Below, piece by piece: positions 21,233 to 32,100 of a DNA stretch of 64,000 nt (the stretch's first letter is position 1; each line of letters starts with the position of its first letter). The notes below the pieces were generated by a model that was given only the letters and a program-made list of their open reading frames with translations, was not told the DNA's origin and did no database searches. Where the stretch lies: NCBI GenBank assembly GCA_963772725.1, contig CAVYYI010000003.1, forward strand, positions 608,001 to 672,000, in the 5' to 3' direction. Origin of the DNA: an uncultured Phycisphaerales bacterium. GTDB lineage: Bacteria; Planctomycetota; Phycisphaerae; Sedimentisphaerales; Anaerobacaceae. Both the position numbers and the translations under genes were made by a program.

Positions 21233-22321
21233 ATGGATATCGAAAAATATCTCGAGGATAAGCAATCAGACCTTGAAAAAGCCAAGGCCAGAATTACCAA
21301 CTCAGAAGTCTTTGATTTTAATTATATTCCCGACAAACCTCTTATGCGTGATGAGATCAAACCTGTGATTGATGCCCTGCTTCGTTATAGACAGACAGGA
21401 ATTGCAAATAATGTTTTAATCCTGGGTTCCAGAGGTTCAGGTAAAAGCCTGGCAGCCAAATACCTGATGAAGTTGGTATCTTCACAGAACCAGTTGAAAT
21501 TTGTTTATGTTAATTGTCGATACCACAATACCAGTTTTAAGATTCTCGCCCATTTGCTCGGCCTGAGGGCCAGAGGCAGAACTCTTGACGAATTATGGTA
21601 CCTATTTACCGATGCCAATCCTGGTAAAACTGTTTTTATCTTAGATGAGATAGACCTTATAAACGATAAAAACGGCCGGACAGACATCCTGTATCTTATA
21701 AGTCGGTCGGATAGGAATTACCAGGCCATATTATTGAGCAACAATCCAAAATTTACCAATACCTTAGATGAATCCATTATGAGCACTTTACAGCCGGAGA
21801 TAATTCATTTTTCAAGCTACAATGCTCTTGAGATCAGCCAAATTCTAACAGACCGAGCCAAAGCAGGTTTGAAATTTATGCCAGCCCAGGAAATAAGCCA
21901 GATTGCCGCTATGACGGTCAAAAATACCAATTCAGATGTAAGGATAGCTATAAAAGCACTGCTTCTCTGGGCTATGGAGCCTAATGTGTCGCTGCAGGAG
22001 CATTTTGAAAAGGCAAGGCGTGATATTATATTTGAGGTGGTAAGGGACCTAAATGACAAAAACCTTCTTATCCTAAAAGCAGCGTTTTTGCAGAAGGATG
22101 CCTATGTAAAAGACATCTACGAATCATACCGAAAGATCAGCCTGCAATTCAACGAAGAGCCTTTTAGTTACATGCATTTTTATTCGAATTTGTCTTACCT
22201 GCAAAGCCTGGGTCTAATCATTTTGGTTTCGACGAAAATTCACAGGACCTATACAAACAGGATTCAATTGACGTTTGATCCGGCGGTCCTTAATTCGATA
22301 TGTCAAAATCGGTTTGAATGA
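21233..22321 (+). CDS. Orc1/Cdc6-like AAA+ replication initiator with C-terminal winged helix
   Basis: VFDFNYIPDKPLMRDE, GSRGSGKS, YVNC, ILDEID, FSSYNALEISQILTDRA, SDVRIAI, and wH segment YESYRKI..EPFSYMHFYSNLSYLQSLGLI. Confidence 0.85.
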   Translation: MDIEKYLEDKQSDLEKAKARITNSEVFDFNYIPDKPLMRDEIKPVIDALLRYRQTGIANNVLILGSRGSGKSLAAKYLMKLVSSQNQLKFVYVNCRYHNTSFKILAHLLGLRARGRTLDELWYLFTDANPGKTVFILDEIDLINDKNGRTDILYLISRSDRNYQAILLSNNPKFTNTLDESIMSTLQPEIIHFSSYNALEISQILTDRAKAGLKFMPAQEISQIAAMTVKNTNSDVRIAIKALLLWAMEPNVSLQEHFEKARRDIIFEVVRDLNDKNLLILKAAFLQKDAYVKDIYESYRKISLQFNEEPFSYMHFYSNLSYLQSLGLIILVSTKIHRTYTNRIQLTFDPAVLNSICQNRFE

Positions 22322-22405
22322 ACCTTTCTTCATCCTAATCCGTAAAACAATAAAATTTATAAACCTCAAGTTCTTAGTATTACCACTATAAAGTTACAAA
22401 ACAAA

Positions 22406-22966
22406 ATGATGCCAAATAAAACCTATGATTTAAGGAATCTGTATTTTCAACAGAGTCGGTACTCTGCCGAGCAAGTGGAATCTGATAAACCATTATTTCT
22501 TCAATGGCCTCCAAACGGTTATTTTGAAAGATTACAACCGGATGCAGATTTGTTGCAAAGGGCTCTTAATCCTGAAACTGATTATAAAGACGCTACTGTT
22601 TCTGAACAAATATTCGGAAATGAAACAAAACAGCAGTACATCGGCCTTAAACACACGGCAAATCTGTTTTATGAGCGTTGTAAACTCCATAAGCAGCATA
22701 TTGAGGATATTGACCACAGGCACCTTGATATCCAGGAGAAGAAATTCGGTGCTGAAATAAATCACACTCCTGAAAACTCCAAACGTCTGACCAGCCTGGA
22801 AGGCCAGTTGTTACAGCTGGAGCAATCAAGAAGAGATGAAGAACTTGCATTCTGGAAGGATACAGTAGAACTAAGAGAAAAACTATTCGAGAATTCCGTT
22901 GGTTACAGGGCAGCTAAACACAGGGAAAGTATCTTTTCTGATGTGGAGGCTGACTATGAAAGATAG
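22406..22966 (+). CDS. Coiled-coil hypothetical protein
   Basis: 186 aa; overlaps the start of the ATPase gene. Confidence 0.65.
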   Translation: MMPNKTYDLRNLYFQQSRYSAEQVESDKPLFLQWPPNGYFERLQPDADLLQRALNPETDYKDATVSEQIFGNETKQQYIGLKHTANLFYERCKLHKQHIEDIDHRHLDIQEKKFGAEINHTPENSKRLTSLEGQLLQLEQSRRDEELAFWKDTVELREKLFENSVGYRAAKHRESIFSDVEADYER

Positions 22967-24631
22967 CACAGACTCTGCAAATATACGGGAGCTTTGCCTG
23001 AGATTAAAACCCATTCTCGGGTTCAAGATGGATAAAGTCTATCAGGCATACATGGCAGAGGATGAAGCAGGTAAAGAGCAGATTGAGAATTATCTGCAGC
23101 AATTAACAGCTAAATACTTACCAACAAAACTGAGCGAAAGCAGTACCTCTTTACTTCCACCATCAAAGGAGCAGGCTGCTGGAGAGTATTTTCTGGGCAA
23201 AGTCCAATATGCAGGAAAAGATTTATGTGATTTTGGCCTGAGGGAGGATGAATGGATCCAGCATATGGCTATCCTGGGCAGAAGCGGCGCTGGTAAAACC
23301 AACATTGGTTTTCTGGTGCTGAAAGGGCTTAAACAAAAAAATAAGCCATTTCTTGTCTTCGATTGGAAAAGAAATTATCGCGATTTGGTTTCACTGCCAG
23401 AATTTAAAGATGTTGAGGTTTATACTGTCGGCAGGAACATTGCCCCGTTTACATTCAATCCTTTGATTCCACCGGCTGGTACCAACCCAAAAACCTGGTT
23501 AAAAAAGCTCAATGAAGTTATTGCCCATGCATACTGCCTTGGAAATGGCGTATTGTTTTTACTCCAGCAGGCTGTTGATGAAGTATATGAGGAAGCGGGA
23601 GTTTATGACGGCACTGTTGAAAAATGGCCTACATTTAAGGATGTTTTGATAAAGGCAAGGGGCATGGATGCTCGTGGCAGAGAATCAGGCTGGCTATCTT
23701 CTACATTAAGGGCATTGGCTACGCTATGTTTTGGAGACATGGATACATTACTTAATACCAATACAATAAAAGTATCGACCATATTCTTGATAAGAACGTT
23801 ATTTTAGAACTGGATGCCCTTACCCAGTCGGATAAAACATTTTTTGTACAAGCCTGTATGCTATATTTGCATCATAAGCGTATGACTGAAGAAAGAAGAG
23901 AGAATTTCAAACATGCGATAATTATTGAAGAGGCCCATCATGTATTGAGCGATGAGCGAAGGTCACTTGTCGGCGGCCAATCTGTGATGGATATTATATT
24001 CCGTGAGATACGTGAATTCGGTGTCAGCCTTATATTACTGGACCAGCATCCAAGTAAAATATCTCTTTACGCATTGGGAAATAGTTATACAACGATCTGC
24101 ATGAATTTAAAACACAAGACAGATATTAATGCCATAGGCCAGTGCATGTTACTGGATAAGGAAAAAGACATCCTGGGTTCACTCGAAGTTGGCCAGGCAG
24201 TTGTAAAACTTCAAGGCAGGATTGCACAGCCATTTCAAATTTCAATACCTGAATTTGTCATTGAAAAAGGCAGAATCACAGATACTTATGTTAAAAAACA
24301 TATGCAGGATATTGCTCCAGTTATAGCTGAACAGGATTTTCGTTTGCCGGCCAGTACAGAAGGCGATAGCACAATAAGCAAAAAAAATGACTTAGCTAAA
24401 AACATGGAACTGGCCTTTTTGCTGGATATTAAAGATTATCCTGACAGCGGAATAGCTGCCAGATATAAGCGGCTTGGCTTATCTGTCAGGCAGGGCCAGA
24501 AATTAAAAGCTCAGGTTTTACAACAATCATTCATTGAGGAGACTATTGAAACTACTAAAACCGGCAGGATCATCGCCATAACGCTAACAAACAAGGGCAT
24601 GGTTAAAGTATCAGGTTCACAAAAGGGGTAG
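22956..24631 (+). CDS. HerA/VirB4-like (DUF87) P-loop ATPase with C-terminal wHTH; one frameshift near 23760
   Basis: HMAILGRSGAGKT, FDWK, FNPL, IIEEAH, REIREFG, DQHPS; split over two track ORFs. Confidence 0.85.
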
Positions 24632-25303
24632 TTGGGCTAATTTTTATCCTGTCGAATATACCAATTTAATTATTTTCTTTAATGTCGCTGCAACAAAGAC
24701 TTACGATTTATTTATCATTATTTATCCAGGCGAATATATAAACAGTAAAAAATAAATAAATAGAAATAGGCCATTTAGACTATTAAAAAGAGTGCGGTTT
24801 ACGCGTCAAATCGATCGTTTAAGGCTATTGTTTTGTTTATTATTTTTGGTCTAACATACCGCCGGCTATATCAATCGTTCTCGCATTATACAGACTATTC
24901 AGAAAACAAAGGCCTTTATAAATCTTTCCTGCTACTCCGAAGTGAAAACACAGTATCAAGAATTATGGTTTTGGAGATTAAGCTCACGCGTAAACTGCAC
25001 ATACATTTTATATGCCCAATTATTTTCTGCCGTATTGCCGGCTATTAAAGCTATCCAGACTAGGCAAAGAGCTTAGTTTAGTAGAAACAATAATGGGGAG
25101 TAGACAAAGTAAGTAAGGATAAACCTTGCCTCTTTTTTTGAAACCTCAACATGCCAATTTTAAAAGCTTGTGCAGTAATACCAGAAAGCTCGACAAAATG
25201 GTTTTAGCATTCTTGATAAAAAAGGTAATGTTGAACAATACCTTACAGGCACAGGAAAAGACGGAAGGAATTGTTTATCAGGTTAAACTGTGGCTATTAC
25301 ATA

Positions 25304-25474
25304 TCAGGGACGCCCAGGGCCAATTTTGGAACCGCCTTGACCGTGTTCCTTCCACCAATTTTCGGTGAGAACCTTTCCCTTCCTATGCATTTCACTCCTT
25401 TCCTCATTTGACATATATCGTGGGAAAATATCAGAATCGTTCTTTTGTTTTTGTTCTTCCTTTTCTTCAGGCAT
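25304..25474 (-). CDS. 56-aa hypothetical protein
   Basis: MPEEKEEQKQKNDSDIFPRYMSNEERSEMHRKGKVLTENWWKEHGQGGSKIGPGRP with an AGAAAGGAG RBS. Confidence 0.55.
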   Translation of the reverse strand: MPEEKEEQKQKNDSDIFPRYMSNEERSEMHRKGKVLTENWWKEHGQGGSKIGPGRP

Positions 25475-25503
25475 TTTAAGTCTCCTTTCTAAATTCTTGG
25501 CAA

Positions 25504-25806
25504 TTATTCTTCATCAGAAAACGCATAGCATTCACCGATAGGTGACTGATCACACTTGATCCATGCTTTGACCTGGCAACCAGGGAAAACCGCCAAAACG
25601 CCACCGTTTTTATTGATAGCAATCAATTGCCATCTTTCAGAAGAGTGGAAGTGTTCCACTGGTATTTCTGCATCCGTAATGATTTGCCATCTCTTTGCCC
25701 AAAAGAAAAGATAACGGTGTCCATCCTGGGCTAAAGTCCAATTAATTAAAGTTATCACACCTGTAACATATTCCTCTGGTTTTTTGGGGCTTTTTACTAA
25801 AAGCAC
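25504..25806 (-). CDS. Hypothetical protein
   Basis: 100-aa ORF with GTG start and AGGAG RBS. Confidence 0.6.
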   Translation of the reverse strand: MLLVKSPKKPEEYVTGVITLINWTLAQDGHRYLFFWAKRWQIITDAEIPVEHFHSSERWQLIAINKNGGVLAVFPGCQVKAWIKCDQSPIGECYAFSDEE

Positions 25807-26015
25807 ATTAGTTCTCCTATTGACTTTTACTTACTTTCGGCTGTTTGTCGGCAACTGTTTCAACGTATACGTTACTTTCAGTAGCTTTCCTTGCTCTGCA
25901 AACTCAGATGAAACCTGACAAACTAACTCAAGCTGCGTAAAAGCTTGACCATTTTGCTAAGAGAGATAATACTAAATAGATTCAGGGAATGTCAACCTTA
26001 TTTTCGAATCTTTTT

Positions 26016-27308
26016 GGGATAGGAAGGGAACATCGTATCCCCCTGAAAAGGATTAGGTGTATGACACAGGAGCAGTATCAAAAGCTGATAAGGATAAGTA
26101 AGGGCAGGGGTTAACCCCTGCGGCGAAAGTCTCATAATAAAAACCTGTTAAATAAAAAAGACCCTCAGAAACGATAGAAAATATTTATCACCATATTACT
26201 ATCTTGAGGGTCGTTTATGGGTGTCTATGAATATTATATCGTAATAGAGGCTATGAAAACTAAAGCTGATAAATTTGATTTGCGTCTAAAGATGGTTCAA
26301 TATGCCATCACTGAAGGCATCAAACCTGCTGCAAGAGCGTTCGGTACTACTGTCAGAACCGTACGCAAATGGCTGAGGCGTTATCAGCAGGAAAGACTGG
26401 CCGGCTTAAACGAGCTGCCCAGAATTCCCCTTGCTTGTCCGCATAAAATCTCTCCGATATTAGAACGAAAAATCGTTAATCTGCGTAAGCAGTTCGTCTT
26501 CAAAGGAGCTAAACGTCTTAAATATGAACACAACATACCATGCAGCCATCAGGCCATCTCAAGAATATTACGAGAACACGGCCTGATTAAAAAAAGACGC
26601 AAAAAGCATAAACGCAAAAGAGACCTTTCTGCCATAAAGAAGAAATGGCCTTTATTTGGCCAGATAACAGCAGATACCAAGGATTTGAAGGATATACCCC
26701 ATTACTGGCCGCAGATGAAAAAACTGGGTTTGCCTAAATATCAGTTCACCGCAAGAGAGGTAAGAACCGGCCTTATGTTCCTGGGCTTTGCGAATGAAAA
26801 AACCGCATCCAACGCCTGTTTATTCGCCCGGATACTCTGCGGGCATCTGAAGAACTGCGGTATTGATATGAGTAAGCTGAAATTCCAGACAGATAATGGT
26901 TCAGAGTTTATCGGCTGCTTCAGAGATGACAGGAGCAGAGATGGTTTTGAAAGAATTGTTAAGGGCTTCGGATGTACTCACAGGAGGATACCGCCAAGAG
27001 CATGGAGTTATAACAGCGACGTAGAGACCGTCCACAGTACAATCGAACTTGAGTTCTATGACCTGGAAAACTTCGAGTCCATAAAAGACTTTCATCAGCG
27101 GGTTGCTTCTTATCAGGCCTGGTACAATATTGTAAGGGTCAACAGCAATAAGGATTATAAAAGTCCCTGGCAGATAATCAAAGAACTCAATCCAAAAATG
27201 AATATTGAACTTGCAAGATTGCCGCCGTTGATGTTAGACTGGCTTGGACCTGATTATATAGCTCGTGATGAACTTGACCTAAGGGGGTACGATGTACCCT
27301 GTTATCCC
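26016..27308 (+). mobile_element. IS481/ISNCY-like element with a 17-bp target duplication
   Basis: IRs GGGATAGGAAGGGAACATCGTATCCCCC / GGGATAACAGGGTACATCGTACCCCC; direct repeat TATTTTCGAATCTTTTT at 25999-26015 and 27309-27325. Confidence 0.9.
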
Positions 27309-27386
27309 TATTTTCGAATCTTTTTTCGAATCTTTTCGAATCTTTATTTTTTAGTCATATTCTGTAAGGAACAATTCTTTTTATGA
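26217..27386 (+). CDS. HTH + rve DDE transposase; reads through the right IR
   Basis: AARAFGTTVRTVRKWLRRY, ADTK, QTDNGSEF, NSDVE. Confidence 0.9.
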   Translation: MGVYEYYIVIEAMKTKADKFDLRLKMVQYAITEGIKPAARAFGTTVRTVRKWLRRYQQERLAGLNELPRIPLACPHKISPILERKIVNLRKQFVFKGAKRLKYEHNIPCSHQAISRILREHGLIKKRRKKHKRKRDLSAIKKKWPLFGQITADTKDLKDIPHYWPQMKKLGLPKYQFTAREVRTGLMFLGFANEKTASNACLFARILCGHLKNCGIDMSKLKFQTDNGSEFIGCFRDDRSRDGFERIVKGFGCTHRRIPPRAWSYNSDVETVHSTIELEFYDLENFESIKDFHQRVASYQAWYNIVRVNSNKDYKSPWQIIKELNPKMNIELARLPPLMLDWLGPDYIARDELDLRGYDVPCYPYFRIFFRIFSNLYFLVIFCKEQFFL

Positions 27387-27490
27387 AAATGAAACGGTAT
27401 TGTCAAAAGTAAATTCTTTAGTTTACTCCTGCGAGAATATCGTTAAAATAAGGCTATTATTCTGAACAAGAACAGGAAAATTATCAAGCT

Positions 27491-28141
27491 ATGAGTAGCG
27501 AAAACCAAATTCAGTTAGTATGCCGATGGCAGCAGACCAAGGATGACGAGATTGGGGGGCAGTTGTGGAATCTGATTCTGTCCAAGATTGAGAAAAAAAT
27601 TCAGAATATTACCCAAAATCTTGGCCTAGGAGTTGATTATCAAGATATTTTACAAGAAACATTCATTGACTTTAGAGAAAAAGTTATAAGTGGATACTTT
27701 AAGCCGCAAGGAACTGCTATTCCCAGTACATTCGCTTTCAACATAGCTATCCATAAGATATTGTCGGAGGTTAAAAGGAGAAGGCAAGAATCAAAAGCCC
27801 TTAAAAAAAAGGAACGGACCAGCCTGGAAGAAAAAGGAGACGATCCGGTTGAATTAGCAGACAAACAGGATGCCATCTCTTTTTCTATTAAAGCATTTGA
27901 GGAACTCAAAGAACCTATGAAAACTGTGTTTTGTCTTCGAAATGGTATACGCATTTGTCATGGCCTGGTAATTGATGATGAAGCAATGACTAATAGTGAG
28001 ATTGGTAATAAATATGGTAAAAGTAGGGGGTGGACTTCAGAACAGTATACTAAAGCGAGAATAATTCTTCAGAAAAAGTTATTTAGGAAAATGAGAAAAC
28101 GTGATAGCCGAGGATCTACCAAGGAGATTTGGCATGAGTAA
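27491..28141 (+). CDS. ECF-type RNA polymerase sigma factor
   Basis: Region 2 DILQETFI..STFAFNIAIHK; region 4 L..L....KTVFCLR..MTNSEIG. Confidence 0.8.
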   Translation: MSSENQIQLVCRWQQTKDDEIGGQLWNLILSKIEKKIQNITQNLGLGVDYQDILQETFIDFREKVISGYFKPQGTAIPSTFAFNIAIHKILSEVKRRRQESKALKKKERTSLEEKGDDPVELADKQDAISFSIKAFEELKEPMKTVFCLRNGIRICHGLVIDDEAMTNSEIGNKYGKSRGWTSEQYTKARIILQKKLFRKMRKRDSRGSTKEIWHE

Positions 28142-29186
28142 AAATGAAATACAAATAAACTCCGAAACTCTATATGACTTAGTGGCTGCAATTGCAGGCG
28201 AAGGTACAACAATTTCAAGATATTTACCTCTTTGTGAACATCTTTGGCAAAACGCGCAGAGTCGCATCTGGCTCATAGCGGCCCTGATACGAAAGGCTGG
28301 TATCTTAACAACTGAACCAGATGAGGCATGCCTGGAGTTCCTTGCTAATAAAGCTCTACGCAACTTAGGCTGTAACCAAGAAAAGCAAGTGTCAAAAGAA
28401 ACAGTCGCCGAATTCTTGCCCGCGGTTATTCAGTTAATGCCTGAATATGTATGGGAGAAACCTTTAAAACTTTGGAATGAACTGCTTCGGGCTTTAAAGG
28501 ATGAATATGGGTTGAAAACACCCATTAAAAATTCTAATGTATCTTCGGCATTCGGTTCTAAAGAGGAGTATTTAGCAAGATTTTTAGTTAACGCTGTCGG
28601 GGGACATTGGGATGAAAATCTCGACAAACAGTTAGGAACATGGGAAGGCCAAGCGGAATATGAGTGGTTATCAGCCCTTAAAGACTCTGCACAGTTTGAA
28701 ATTACAATAGATAAGGTTAAGCAAAAACACCTAATGCAATACATCTTCAATGATCGCAGCTTATTTGATAAATTTTCTAAAATGAAAGCTTTTGAACAAC
28801 GCAGACTTTTAATTGTCAGAGAGACACAAACACCGAAAATAGTGTGGGCGGAGATTGAAATAGAGAATAAAGTAAGGGCAATAACGTGGAGATTCTATCT
28901 ACCTTTTGAAAGAGAATCAAGATTTGAAATATATCTAAGTGAACGTTTAATCGGAGAAATAAATCTTATTAGGCAGCCAAGTGGAGGCTTACTTATCGAA
29001 AAGACCACAGGGATTTGTATGTTATTAAAAATCAAGTTTCCAAAAGAATTAACCGTAAAAAAAGCTGCTGCAGACCATTCTTCTGAACTTATTCCACTTA
29101 TGTCTATGGTAACTGGAGGGGTTAAGCTTGTTGGTGATAAAGAGGGATTATTAATATTGCGATGGTGTGCTGAGGATAAAGCATGA
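28134..29186 (+). CDS. Hypothetical protein, putative soluble anti-sigma / partner
   Basis: Overlaps the sigma stop, AAGGAG RBS, no clear TM helix. Confidence 0.55.
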   Translation: MSKNEIQINSETLYDLVAAIAGEGTTISRYLPLCEHLWQNAQSRIWLIAALIRKAGILTTEPDEACLEFLANKALRNLGCNQEKQVSKETVAEFLPAVIQLMPEYVWEKPLKLWNELLRALKDEYGLKTPIKNSNVSSAFGSKEEYLARFLVNAVGGHWDENLDKQLGTWEGQAEYEWLSALKDSAQFEITIDKVKQKHLMQYIFNDRSLFDKFSKMKAFEQRRLLIVRETQTPKIVWAEIEIENKVRAITWRFYLPFERESRFEIYLSERLIGEINLIRQPSGGLLIEKTTGICMLLKIKFPKELTVKKAAADHSSELIPLMSMVTGGVKLVGDKEGLLILRWCAEDKA

Positions 29187-32100
29187 TAAGTGTACCACTG
29201 GTTTCGGTTTTACGAGAAGGCCTTATAGAGAATTTTAATTTCCAGTTGGAGTACCTAAATCCTCAAGCTCCAGATATTGAACTTCGAGGTATAAGTTTCA
29301 ATGATGATCTAATTGAGCAGTTGCATATAGCAAAAAAAGCTGCCAAAGTTTTTTATTGCGACCATATATTCGGCCTTTGGCAGTTAATACATTGGAGAAT
29401 ACCAAGATAGTAGTCAGCTCGCCAAAAGGTGGGACCTATGAGGGGACATCATTTGGGCTGTCTTTTTTGATTGGTTGTTTGGCATCAGGATTAGGAATAC
29501 ATGTTCGAGAGGGACAACTGTTCTCGGCAGGATTAAGCGGATTAATCGAAGCACCAATAGTGGCCGGATGTGGTATTAAACTCCAAACTATAACAGGGAT
29601 TGGAGCCAAACTAAGCACAGCGTGTCTTGAACGTCGTTCTCGTCTGTACTTGCGTGCAGACAATGAAGAACAGATATTAAAGTTTGAGCAGGGATTTTGG
29701 AGAGGTGAGGCTGATCGAAGTTGCCTACCTTATATATTGCCAGAGCAGCTTTCTCTGGCAGCCGTAATTGCTGTAGCCTTAGAGTCTGAAAAGCTTTTGG
29801 CCAAAGCACTCTCAGTTGAGCACGGAACATCTTTTCTTTTACTTTTGTATATCATAGCAGGTGAATTATCTAACGGCGCCAGCCTGGTAAATGGTATTGG
29901 TTCGGCATTGGCGCAATTGCGAGGTGAAGGCAGGTTGAATAATGTTATGTTTTTTACAGATCTGATTCATGATATAGGTATAGAAAACATAGATAGAACA
30001 GAGGATTTGCTATTTTTGACGTATAAAAGGTGCTTAGAAAAGTGTGCAAATGACTCTCACAGAGCAGAAATTGTAAAGGCCACTATCTCTCGTAACCAAA
30101 AACTACCGTTGTTCTTAAATCTGAAGGATGTACCGTGTGATTATAAAGAATTAAATAAAGCGGATTTAGATATTTGGCTTGACCATGTCACCTGTCGGAA
30201 TTTTTTTGAACTACAAAACATACTAACCATACTTAGAACCTGCAATCAGATAGCTCCTGATTTTGAAAATTACTGGTTTAGAATTGAACAGGTAATAAAG
30301 GGAGTTTTATCAACATTTTTTGATACGATAATAGAATATTTCCGCGTAGGAAATCTAAATTTAGTAGGTAATAGTCTATCTTGTTTTTACAAATCGCAGA
30401 TCATTGATTCTATCGGACGACTAAGACCTACTTTAGTTCGAGGAGCGAATGAAATAATAGACAAATATTTAGGACAATTACAAAAATCAAATAATGAGCA
30501 GATTTGTAAAATAATCACTGTATTGCGACAGCAGTTAAAGATGTATCAACTGCCGGAAGCTTTAATAGAAATAGAACAAGAACTAGAGCCAGTGCTTGAA
30601 TTGACTTTTAGCATAGCCGACCAGAAAAATACTATAGATTTTGATAAATCGGGGGCTATCCAACCTCGGCCAGCATTGGGAAGAATTAACAACCTGCAAC
30701 TTTTGATAACGGGACCACAAGAATTGTCGCTGTTGGTTCCATCGCCGGTTTTGCTATTTGAGAATTGTCGTCGACAGCATTACAGTTTTTGTAGACGGCG
30801 AGATATGACATTAGCGGATGATACTATGAGCCGTTATCCTGAAAATGATGCTTTTACAGCTATTAAACTGTTTGATGGGCACCATTGTAATATCATAGGA
30901 TTCAAAACGAACTCAGACCATCAACATTGGCTGGCTTCAATTAAATGGCGTTCAAATCTTAACCCTTGGCCACCAGCCATTGATTCACAGTTATTAGCGG
31001 CAAGTATTGTTGAGAGCAACAGGGATTTCCAGCCATGTCGTCTGCTTGATGTCGGTTGCGGTTCAGGGTACCTGACAATAATTAGTGCCACATCATTGGC
31101 CTTGTTTGAAGGAGGCGCATTTGATTGATATTGACGTACTTGCTATTGCTGCCGCCCAAGTAAATATACAACAAGACTCTATCTGCAGAAAACTTGCAAT
31201 TCACACCTACTGGCGGGGCTTTGAGAAATTTCAAGGCAAAGGCTTCGATATTGTGTTGTGTGCCCCGCCATATCTGCCGGATCGCCCTTGGCCAGATTCC
31301 AGAATTGAAGTAGCCACCAACGGTACAGCATTGATCGAGCAGGTAGTTAGACGGGCAGGTTCGATTAGTAAAGAAACATGGATGGTATTTTCCGTATTTG
31401 CCTGGCCAGAATTTCAACGAGCTTTGGCACAAGTGCCAAATACCTACAGATTAATAGAGGTTACCAGACGCGAATTTGTACCGTTTAGAATTCCCTGGCT
31501 GGAACCAAGGCCACCCGAGGAAGATGGTAACGAAAGTGATTTTATGGCATGTCTGTCCGGCGTCAATTATAATTTCCCTTCAACGACAGTTATTTTTACC
31601 GTTACTTCATAACACTTACCTTAGCTTATAGCCTTTAGGAGGTGCCCCCCATGGGGGGCAAAATTTCGGACATTACGTGTCCTTATTTTTCCGTCTCTGA
31701 GCTTCCTCAGCTCGGTAGCTCGGTACATTCAATTCAAGGATCACACTATGATGTACCAGCCGGTCAATCGCTGCTGCAGTGGTCATCGGATCCTTAAAGA
31801 TGACTTCCCATTTACTGAACGGCAGATTGCTGGTAATCAACACGCTGCCACGTTCATAACAATGAGCTAATAAGGTAAACAGCACCTCCATCTCCTCGCG
31901 GTTCTGTTTGACATAGCCGAAGTCATCTATCATCAATGCCTCGTACTGTGACAGCTTCTTGAGCCATTTGTCCAGCTTCAACTCCTGCTTGGCTCGTAAT
32001 AACTCCTGCAACATCATATCACACGTAGTAAAGTAAACCTTTTTTCCCTGCCGGGCAAGTTCATGACAGATACCACACAGTAAATGTGTCTTACCGCTGC

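Noticed and set aside
24643..24740. Direct repeat TTTATCC(T/A)G(T/G)CGAATATA after the HerA-like gene
   Set aside because: A real two-copy repeat, but no evidence for function; possibly part of the element end.
25090..25110. AATGGGGAGTAG as the second att copy of tRNA-Phe
   Set aside because: Only about 6 bp match the tRNA end.
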